Shown here: positions 1 through 8,035 of the stretch, piece after piece | Layout of the letters: each line of letters begins with the position of its first letter | How positions within the stretch are numbered: position 1 is the first letter of the stretch | From: Candidatus Eiseniibacteriota bacterium | Lineage (GTDB): Bacteria; Eisenbacteria; RBG-16-71-46; DASYSL01 | Assembly (NCBI GenBank): GCA_046598045.1 | Contig: JBKJJJ010000176.1 | Location: forward strand, 1 to 13,592 | Direction: 5' to 3' | DNA: 13,592 nucleotides | Notes under the pieces: model-generated | The model's database searches: none | Seen by the model: only the letters and a program-made list of their open reading frames with translations | Told to the model about the DNA's origin: nothing | Made by a program: the position numbers and the translations under genes

Positions 1-2
1 CG

Positions 3-390
3 GTATCTCTAACTCGCCGACCTTGCGGCAACTTGCGCCGGCGCAAGCTGCGCGCCGCTGGACATGCCCCGCGGCACGCTCGCGGAATTTCTGTGCCAGC
101 GTAACTCGTTGTGCCGCAACACCATATTCGGTTCGAACGTGCCATGTGGCACGTTCATTTTGAAACGCGCGTTGTGGGGCAACGAGTTGCGCCGGAATTG
201 AGTATCTAAGGACGCCGCTTCCGCGCGCGACTTGCGCCGGCGCAAGTGCGTCGCGCGGCCAACTCGCATGCCACGTGGCATGCGAGTTGAGAAATGCTCG
301 AAGTGGGACAACGACTTACGCCGAAATGGAAATGTCTCAAGCATGCCGCGGGGCATGTTCCACTTGCGCGTTACCTGCGCCGGCGCAAGT
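3..390. repeat. Non-coding array of nested palindromes forming a large imperfect inverted repeat (arms ~31-155 and ~265-390) and also ~200 bp direct repeats
   Basis: Motif A (ACTTGCGCCGGCGCAAGT-like) at 31-48, 230-247, 373-390. Motif B (CRTGCC-N4-GGCAYG) at 63-78, 138-153, 267-282, 342-357. Motif C (CGTAASTCGTTG or its reverse complement) at 100-111, 180-191, 309-320. Perfect 30-bp palindrome at 260-289. Confidence 0.85.
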
Positions 391-411
391 GCGGCCCCCG
401 GCCGTCCGGTG

Positions 412-819
412 CTAGGACCCCGTGGTCCCGGGCTCCACCACCGCCTCGCTCGCGGGCGTGGCCGCGTCGCCCGCGGACTCTGCGGCCGGGCCCGCGGGCG
501 GAGCCGGCGCCTCAACGGCAGGCGCCGCCGCACCCGCACCCGCTGCCGCCTTCTTCACCTCGTCCACATAGTTCATGCGCAGATCGGTCAACGCCCGCTT
601 GAGCACCTCGGCCTCCTCGGCCGACAGGTTGCCCCTGGTCTTGAGCTCGAGCGCGGCCAGGGTGTCGATCGTGATCTTCGCGGCCTCGAGGTTCGGATCG
701 ACCTGGCCCGTCAGCTCGTTCTTGATCTTGCCCAGCTGCACCCACGCCGCCTGCACGAGCCCGATCACCAGGCTCACGAACAGCTGCGCGTTCCGATCCT
801 TCAGGTCCCCGGACATCAT
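412..819 (-). CDS. DUF1844 domain-containing protein with Ala/Pro-rich C-terminal tail
   Basis: MMSGDLKDRNAQLFVSLVIGLVQAAWVQLGKIKNELTGQVDPNLEAAKITIDTLAALELKTRGNLSAEEAEVLKRALTDLRMNYV matches the DUF1844 pattern (LG..., A...ID.L..L..KT.GNL..EE). GGAG SD upstream; ATGA overlap with the mazG stop. It is the C-terminal part of the 412..1764 track ORF. Confidence 0.85.
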   Translation of the reverse strand: MMSGDLKDRNAQLFVSLVIGLVQAAWVQLGKIKNELTGQVDPNLEAAKITIDTLAALELKTRGNLSAEEAEVLKRALTDLRMNYVDEVKKAAAGAGAAAPAVEAPAPPAGPAAESAGDAATPASEAVVEPGTTGS

Positions 820-1673
820 GAGCCCTCCTGCTCGAGCGACTTGGCTTCTTCCCACAGGGCGTCCATCTCCTCGAGCGTCGATTGCGTGGGGTGCGAACCG
901 CGCTCCTTCAACTGGTCCTCGATGTGCTGGAATCTGCGCCGGAAGCGGCCGACCGTCGCGCGCAGCTCGCGCTCCGGATCGACGCGCACGAATCGAGCGA
1001 GGTTCGCGACCGCGAACAGGAGGTCGCCGATCTCGGCCGCGAGCCGCGGCGGCGCGTCGGCCGTGCCGCTGTTCGGACCACCGTCGAGCCCGGTGGCCGC
1101 CAGGCGGACTGCGAGTTCCTCCTTCACCTCCCCGAGTTCCTCCTCGACCTTCGCGACCACCTCGTCGATGCGCGGCCAATCGAAGCCGACCGATGCCGCC
1201 TTCTCCTGCGTGCGGAATGCCGCGGTGAGCGAGGGCAGCGACGCCGGCATCTTGCCGAGCAGGGAGCGTGTCTTCTGCTCCTCCTGCTTGATCTCCTGCC
1301 ATTGCCGCTGGGACTCCCCCGAGTTCGCGATCGTGGCGTCGCCGAACACATGCGGGTGCCGGCGGCGCAGCTTCTCGGCGGCGCCGTGGCACAGCGTATC
1401 GAGCGTGTGCGGGCTCTTGTCTGCCAGGATGTCGGCGCAGAAGACGATCAGGAACAGCGTGTCGCCCAGCTCCTCGGCGATCTCGGCCGGTTGGCCTGAG
1501 GCAACTGCGTCGAGGACCTCGTAGGCCTCCTCGATCAGGTAGGGCGTGAGCGTGGCGAGCGTCTGGTCCTTGTCCCACGGGCAGCCGTTCTCGCCGCGCA
1601 GCCGGCGCAGCACGTCCCAGAGTTCGAAGAAGCCTTGCCCGCGATCCGTCGATGCATTCTCGGTGGGGTCCAT
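816..1673 (-). CDS. mazG: Nucleoside triphosphate pyrophosphohydrolase MazG (tandem-domain)
   Basis: LRGENGCPWDKDQT, YLIEEAYEVLDA, EELGD, RRHPHVFGD, GFDWP, EELGEVKEE, EIGDLLFAVANLAR, LEEMDALWEEAK motifs. Start placed at ATG 1673 because a promoter occupies 1681-1709. Confidence 0.95.
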   Translation of the reverse strand: MDPTENASTDRGQGFFELWDVLRRLRGENGCPWDKDQTLATLTPYLIEEAYEVLDAVASGQPAEIAEELGDTLFLIVFCADILADKSPHTLDTLCHGAAEKLRRRHPHVFGDATIANSGESQRQWQEIKQEEQKTRSLLGKMPASLPSLTAAFRTQEKAASVGFDWPRIDEVVAKVEEELGEVKEELAVRLAATGLDGGPNSGTADAPPRLAAEIGDLLFAVANLARFVRVDPERELRATVGRFRRRFQHIEDQLKERGSHPTQSTLEEMDALWEEAKSLEQEGS

Positions 1674-1680
1674 GCACGGA

Positions 1681-1709
1681 ACAATAGTCGAGCGGGCGCG
1701 TGCGGACAA
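1681..1709 (-). promoter_or_regulatory. Putative sigma70 promoter for mazG (leaderless)
   Basis: Minus strand TTGTCC (1709-1704), 17 bp, TATTGT (1686-1681), 7 bp, then ATG (1673); no SD in between. Confidence 0.6.
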
Positions 1710-1725
1710 CGCCGCGGTCGCGCGG

Positions 1726-1754
1726 TTGCGCCACGCGCGCCGGGGCCGTAAACT
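1726..1754 (+). promoter_or_regulatory. Putative sigma70 promoter for the alr-cdd-deoC-pdp operon
   Basis: TTGCGC (1726-1731), 17 bp, TAAACT (1749-1754) in the divergent intergenic region. Confidence 0.6.
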
Positions 1755-1799
1755 GCGCCCTCACGCGCCCGTGCCCGCGTGGAGCCCGAAGGGGGTCCC

Positions 1800-3035
1800 G
1801 TGCCGTTCTCGTCCTGGGTCGAAGTCGACCTCGACATCCTCGATTCGAATCTCGAAGCCCTCCAGCGCACGGTTGGTCCCGGGCGCGAGCTCCTGCTCGT
1901 CGTCAAGGCGGACGCGTACGGCCACGGCGCGGCCCAGGTCGCGCGCGCGGCGGCGGCGAAAGGCGTGCGCCAGTTCGGCGTCGCCACGCTGCACGAGGGC
2001 ATGCAGCTCCGCGGGGCGGGCATCACCGAGGACGTGTGGGTGCTCTCGCCGCTCCTCACCAGCGAGATTCCGCAGGCGCTCGCGCACGGTCTCGAGCTCA
2101 CGCTGCCGTCGCTCGACTTCGCGCGCGCGCTTTCGGGCGAGGCGATCCGGCGCGGTCGGCCGTGTCGCGTCCACGTCGAGGTCGACACGGGCATGGGCCG
2201 CACCGGCATCGACGCCACCGAGGCGGTGGACTTCCTCGCCGCCGTCGACGCGTTGCCGGGGCTGCGCGTGGGCTCGGTCTACACGCACTTCCCCGATGCC
2301 GACGCCGACGATCCCGCGTTCACGCGCCAGCAGATCGCGCGCTTCGAGGAGGTGCTGAGCGCGCTCGCGGAGCGCGGCCTGACGCCGCCGCTGGTCCACG
2401 CCGCGAACTCGGCCGGCACGCTGCGCGTCGCCGAAAGCCGCCTCGGACTGGTGCGCCCCGGGCTCGCGGCCTACGGGCTCGTGCCGCCCCACGGCGAGGA
2501 CCCCGGGCTCGCGCCCGCCATGTCGTTTCACAGCCGATTGGTGCAGGTCCGGCGCGTGCGGGCGGGGCGTCCCGTGTCCTACGGGCGCACGTTCGTGACC
2601 CCGAGGGACAGCGTGATCGGCGTGGTCCCCGTGGGCTACGGCCACGGCTACTCGTGGCTCTGCTCCAATCGGGGTGCTATGTTGGTGGCCGGAGAGCGGG
2701 TCCCGATCGTCGGCCGCGTGACGATGGACCTGACGATGCTCGACCTCACCGACCTCGCCGGCAAGCTCGGGCGCATGCCCGAACCCGGCGACGAGGTGAT
2801 CCTGTTCGGCCGCCAGAACGGCGCCGTGCTGCCGGTCGAGGAACTGGCGAGCTGGAGCGAGACGCTGGCCTACGAAGTGCTGTGCACCATCGGCAAGCGC
2901 GTCACGCGGGTCTACCTGCGGGGCGGGCGGCCATGGCGCGTCGTGACCCTGATCGGAGAGATGGACCCCGCGGTCGCGCCGTGGGACATGGGCGGAATCA
3001 CCCGGGAGGCAGGCGATGGCGTTTCGCGTTGGTGA
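1800..3035 (+). CDS. alr: Alanine racemase (PLP-dependent)
   Basis: WVEVDL, VVKADAYGHG (PLP lysine), VHVEVDTGMGRTG, YTHF, HAANSAG, VRPG, VSYG, GRVTMD, AYEVLCTIGKRVTRVY. GTG 1800 has AAGGGGGT upstream; alternative GTG start at 1779. Confidence 0.95.
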   Translation: MPFSSWVEVDLDILDSNLEALQRTVGPGRELLLVVKADAYGHGAAQVARAAAAKGVRQFGVATLHEGMQLRGAGITEDVWVLSPLLTSEIPQALAHGLELTLPSLDFARALSGEAIRRGRPCRVHVEVDTGMGRTGIDATEAVDFLAAVDALPGLRVGSVYTHFPDADADDPAFTRQQIARFEEVLSALAERGLTPPLVHAANSAGTLRVAESRLGLVRPGLAAYGLVPPHGEDPGLAPAMSFHSRLVQVRRVRAGRPVSYGRTFVTPRDSVIGVVPVGYGHGYSWLCSNRGAMLVAGERVPIVGRVTMDLTMLDLTDLAGKLGRMPEPGDEVILFGRQNGAVLPVEELASWSETLAYEVLCTIGKRVTRVYLRGGRPWRVVTLIGEMDPAVAPWDMGGITREAGDGVSRW

Positions 3036-3237
3036 GCGTGTGCTGCATTCGAAGTTCGGCGCGGGCCTCGTCCTGGCCGTCTTGGGCGCGGGCGATGACC
3101 TGTCGTATCGCGTCTCGTTCGACGTCGACGGCGAGCAGCGCCGCCTGGTCGCGCGGCTCGCGAACCTGGTCTCGACCGGAGAGCCCGTGCGCGCCACGGC
3201 CGTGCGCAAGTCCAAGGCTCGCGGGGGAACCGTTTGA
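3016..3237 (+). CDS. Small stand-alone Tudor-like protein resembling the C-terminal domain of UvrD/PcrA helicases
   Basis: FRVGERVLHSKFGAGLVLAVLGAGDDLSYRVSFDVDGEQRRLVARLANL resembles the UvrD/PcrA C-terminal pattern (G.RV.H.KFG.G.V..V.G.G......V.F...G...L.A..A.L). GGAGG SD at 3005-3009; TTGA overlap with cdd. Confidence 0.75.
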   Translation: MAFRVGERVLHSKFGAGLVLAVLGAGDDLSYRVSFDVDGEQRRLVARLANLVSTGEPVRATAVRKSKARGGTV

Positions 3238-3629
3238 GTCACGACCCCAAGGCCCTGGTCGCCGAGGCTCGCGCCGCGGCGGCCCACTCGCACGCGCCGT
3301 ACTCGAACTTTCCGGTCGGCGCCGCGTTGCTCACGCGCTCGGGCAGGGTCTTCCAGGGCGTGAACGTGGAGAACGCCTCGCTCGGCCTCTCGATCTGCGC
3401 CGAGCGCAACGCCGTGTTCGCCGCCGTCGCCGCGGGCGAGCGCGCATTCGAGGCGATCGCGGTCGCGACCGGCGCCGCTTCGCCCACGCCGCCGTGTGGC
3501 GCATGCCGGCAGGTGCTGCTCGAGTTCGCCGACGACATGACGATCCATCTGGTCGGGCAGGGCGACGGGGTCGAGACCCACACGCTGACCGAACTCGTTC
3601 CGCGCGCGTTTCGCTCCTACAAGTCCTGA
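3234..3629 (+). CDS. cdd: Cytidine deaminase (homotetrameric, Zn-dependent)
   Basis: APYSNFPVGAAL, GVNVENAS, CAERNA and PCGACRQ zinc motifs. TTG start with GGGGGA SD. Confidence 0.95.
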   Translation: MSHDPKALVAEARAAAAHSHAPYSNFPVGAALLTRSGRVFQGVNVENASLGLSICAERNAVFAAVAAGERAFEAIAVATGAASPTPPCGACRQVLLEFADDMTIHLVGQGDGVETHTLTELVPRAFRSYKS

Positions 3630-3647
3630 GGCCCCGGGTCTGACGCG

Positions 3648-4570
3648 ATGAACCAAGACGAGCTGGTCGACCGCATCACGAAGATCGTCCTCGCCGAACT
3701 CTCGGGCTCCACGCCGCCACTCGACGAGGTGGGCGCGCTGCACGCCTACGCGCGCGACCGGCGCCCGACCACCGGCGCGCCCGGCTGCGCCCGCTGCGAC
3801 GCCTGGGGCCCGTGCCCCGACCACTGCGGCATCGAGGTTCAGAATGCGCTCGCGGTCGGCGCCACGCGCGCCAGCTCCGCGCCCGGGTTCTGCCCGCCCG
3901 ACCAGAGCGGGATCTCCGCGCGCATCGACCACACGCTGCTCAAGCCCGAGGCCTCGCGCGACGACATCGTCACGCTGTGCAAGGAGGCGGCGGACCACTG
4001 CTTCGCGTCCGTGTGCGTCAATCCCTCGTGGGTCACGCTCTCGGCCGAGCTGCTCAAGGACTCGCCGGTCAAGGTCTGCACCGTGGTCGGCTTCCCGCTC
4101 GGCGCGACGCTGCCCGAGGTCAAGGCGTTCGAGACCCGGCGCTGCGTGCAGAACGGCGCGCGCGAGATCGACATGGTGATCAACATCGGCGCGCTCAAGT
4201 CGCGGGACCACGCGCTGGTCGAGCGCGACATCCGCGCCGTGGTCGAGGCCTGCGGGCCGCACGTCGTGAGCAAGGTCATCCTCGAGATGACGCTGCTCAC
4301 GCAGGAGGAGAAGATCGCCGGCTGCTCGCTCGCGAAGGCCGCCGGAGCCGACTTTGTCAAGACCTCGACCGGCTTCGCCGGCGGGGGCGCGACGCTCGAC
4401 GACGTCAAGCTCATGCGCGAGGTCGTCGGCGCGGACATGGGCATCAAGGCCGCGGGCGGCATCCGCACCCAGGACGACGCGAAGCAGATGATCGCCGCCG
4501 GCGCGACCCGCCTCGGCACCAGCGCGTCGATCAAGATCGTGCGCGGCGAGAAGGTCGAGGGCGGGTACTA

Positions 4571-4571
<1 letters not shown>
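3648..4571 (+). CDS. deoC: Deoxyribose-phosphate aldolase with ~88 aa N-terminal extension
   Basis: [54 protein letters not shown] (Schiff-base Lys), [17 protein letters not shown]. Confidence 0.95.
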
Positions 4572-5881
<1,310 letters not shown>

Positions 5882-5909
5882 TCCCGGACTGAACGTGGGG
5901 GAGGTTCCC

Positions 5910-6434
5910 ATGAGCGTCGTCCTCGATGAAGTTCTCGCGATTCTCGGCCGCACGCCCCGGGTGCTCGACGCGCAATTGCGCGGCCTGCCCGCCGCGTGGA
6001 CCGAGATCGACGAAGGTCCCGGAACCTGGACCCCGCGCAATGTCCTCGGTCACCTGATCGACGGCGAGGACCAGGACTGGGTCCCGCGCGCGCAGATCAT
6101 TCTCGGCGAGCGCGTCGACCGGCAGTTCGAGCCGTTCGACCGCTTCCAGCACCTGACGCGCGACGTTCCGCTGAACGAGTTGCTCGAGACCTTCGCCGAG
6201 AAGCGCGCGGCGAACCTCGACCTCGTGCGTAGCTGGCGGCTCCGCCCGGAGGACTTCCTGCGGACCGGCGAGCACCCCGAGTTCGGGCCTGCCACGCTCG
6301 ACCAGTTGCTCGCCACCTGGGTCGTGCACGACCTCGACCATGTCGCGCAGGTCACGCGCGTGCTGGCCTTGCGATACCAAGCGACGGTCGGTCCCTGGAA
6401 GGCGTACCTTTCGATTCTCAAGCCACGCGCCTGA
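5910..6434 (+). CDS. DinB/YfiT-like four-helix bundle protein (putative metal-dependent)
   Basis: WTPRNVLGHL...W..R, G.HPEFG, HDLDH metal-ligand pattern. GGGGGAGG SD upstream of ATG 5910. Confidence 0.8.
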   Translation: MSVVLDEVLAILGRTPRVLDAQLRGLPAAWTEIDEGPGTWTPRNVLGHLIDGEDQDWVPRAQIILGERVDRQFEPFDRFQHLTRDVPLNELLETFAEKRAANLDLVRSWRLRPEDFLRTGEHPEFGPATLDQLLATWVVHDLDHVAQVTRVLALRYQATVGPWKAYLSILKPRA

Positions 6435-6459
6435 TTCCACCCGTCCCCGGAGAACTCCC

Positions 6460-6822
6460 ATGCCGCGCCTGATCGCCCAGCCCACCGTCGTCCCCGCCGC
6501 CGGACATCCGCCCAAGCGCATCGAGGAGTACGTCGGGCGCGCGAACTCGGGCCACACCAACGTGAGCATCGCGCGCATGGTCTCGCCCGAGGGCTGGGAG
6601 GAGCCCGGCCAGCGCCCCGAGTTCGAGGAGGTCACGATCGTCGTGCGCGGGCTGCTCAGGGTCGAGCACGAGGCCGGCGTGATCGACGTGCGCGCCGGCC
6701 AGGCCGTGGTCACCGCGCCGGGCGAGTGGGTGCGCTACAGCAGCCCCGGCCCCGGCGGCGCCGAGTACATCGCGGTGTGCGTGCCCGCGTTCGCCCCGGA
6801 CACCGTGCACCGGGACGCCTGA
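6460..6822 (+). CDS. Cupin domain-containing protein
   Basis: GWEEPGQRPEFEEVTIVVRG.L.V and V.AGQAVVTAPGEWVRY cupin barrel motifs. GGAG SD upstream. Confidence 0.8.
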   Translation: MPRLIAQPTVVPAAGHPPKRIEEYVGRANSGHTNVSIARMVSPEGWEEPGQRPEFEEVTIVVRGLLRVEHEAGVIDVRAGQAVVTAPGEWVRYSSPGPGGAEYIAVCVPAFAPDTVHRDA

Positions 6823-6832
6823 GGCCCGGGCC

Positions 6833-7399
6833 ATGGCCGGCCACACGATCGAGATCAACCGCGCGCCTGTGCTCACGCTGTGGGCCACGATCGTCGCCGA
6901 GCGCCTCGGACACTCCCACGGCGAGGCGCTGACCCTCGGCAAGGCCGTCGCCGGGCTCAACGCGCAGGCGAAGGGCCAGCGGCTCGGCATCTACGCGAAG
7001 CCGGTTCCCGGCTCCAAGCCAACGAAGAAAGCCGGCGAGCCCGCGGCAAAGCCCCGGCCGGAAGCGGTCGCACTCATGGGCCGCCACATCCCGGTGCGCC
7101 ACACCAGGGACGGCATGCGGGCGCTGCTGAAGGACGCGCCGATCGATCCCGCGAGCGTCGAGAAGTACGTCGCGCAGAAATTCGGCGACGATCTCGCGGC
7201 GGTGACCGCCGCGCTCACCGCGCTCGCGAAGTCGCGCAAGCCCGCCGAGCTGGCCGACTCCGCGTACGCGCTCTACGAGAGCTTCCGCCCAGAGATTCCC
7301 GCCGGCACGCGCGGTTGGGGCGCGAAGGGCGTGCTCGATCTCGCCGCGGTACGCGCGCTCGCCACGGTGCGCGTGCTCGCCACGAAGAGCGCGCGGTGA
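6833..7399 (+). CDS. Hypothetical protein (188 aa, basic)
   Basis: Clean ORF with host-like GC3-rich codons, tightly spaced between the cupin and the next gene (GTGA overlap). Motif-like blocks INRAPVLTLWA and YESFRP...GWGAKG. Confidence 0.75.
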   Translation: MAGHTIEINRAPVLTLWATIVAERLGHSHGEALTLGKAVAGLNAQAKGQRLGIYAKPVPGSKPTKKAGEPAAKPRPEAVALMGRHIPVRHTRDGMRALLKDAPIDPASVEKYVAQKFGDDLAAVTAALTALAKSRKPAELADSAYALYESFRPEIPAGTRGWGAKGVLDLAAVRALATVRVLATKSAR

Positions 7400-8031
7400 T
7401 CGCCCGCGCGCTCGCCGTCGCGCTGGTGTTGTTCGCTGGCCCCGCCCGGGCGCAATCCACGCTCCGGCCGGTCGACGAGGCTTCGAAGCGCCCCGCCTTC
7501 GCCGCATTCCGCGATTCGCTGCGCGCTGCGCTCGCGCGCCATGACACCGGCGCCGTGCTCGCGGTCACGGACCCGAACATCAAGCTCGGGTTCGGCGGCG
7601 ACGATGGTCGGGCCGTTCTTGAGAAACAGCTCCGCGCGGCGGATAGCAAATCGTGGCGCGACCTCGCGGAGACACTCGCGCTGGGCGGCACCTTCAGCGC
7701 GAACGGCCAGTTCGTCGCACCCTACGTGTACAGCCGATGGCCCGAGGCGATCGACGCGTTTCAACACGTCGCGATCACGGGCAGCGGCGTGCGCGTGCGC
7801 GCGCGGCCCTCGCCCCGCGGGGCGGTCGTGGAGCGGCTGAGCTACGCGATCGTCGCGCTGCCGACGGGCGGCCCGGGCAAGGCGCCGCCCGGGTGGACCG
7901 CGATCCGACGGGCGAACGGGGCGAGGGCGTATGTCGCCTCGCAATTCGTCCGTAGCCCGGTCGGCTATCGCGCGTTCTTCGCGCCGGACGGCGCGAGCTG
8001 GAAGCTTGCGCTGTTCGTGAGCGGGGACTGA
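7396..8031 (+). CDS. Secreted protein with C-terminal SH3b-like domain
   Basis: Signal peptide MIARALAVALVLFAGPARA-Q. The segment GVRVRARPS....VV..L....V...GW..I......AYVASQFV is typical of bacterial SH3 domains. GTG start overlaps the upstream TGA. Confidence 0.7.
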   Translation: MIARALAVALVLFAGPARAQSTLRPVDEASKRPAFAAFRDSLRAALARHDTGAVLAVTDPNIKLGFGGDDGRAVLEKQLRAADSKSWRDLAETLALGGTFSANGQFVAPYVYSRWPEAIDAFQHVAITGSGVRVRARPSPRGAVVERLSYAIVALPTGGPGKAPPGWTAIRRANGARAYVASQFVRSPVGYRAFFAPDGASWKLALFVSGD

Positions 8032-8035
8032 GGAC

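Noticed and set aside
31..390. CRISPR array interpretation of the repeats
   Set aside because: Several different motifs alternate, copies are degenerate, spacing is irregular, the intervening sequences are related by inversion, and no cas genes are in the window.
25..395. GCGGC at 25-29 and 391-395 as a target-site duplication
   Set aside because: Only 5 bp in very GC-rich DNA, offset by one base from the inverted repeat end, and the direct-repeat similarity extends left of it.
9..539. 176 aa minus-strand ORF with repeated MPRGM and LAPAQV peptides, and the similar start of the 232..1524 plus ORF
   Set aside because: The same peptides appear on both strands because they translate DNA palindromes; the ORFs overlap the DUF1844 gene and lack host-like codon bias.
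816..1673. MazG as part of a toxin-antitoxin or anti-phage system
   Set aside because: It is the housekeeping tandem-domain type, with no mazEF or defence genes nearby.
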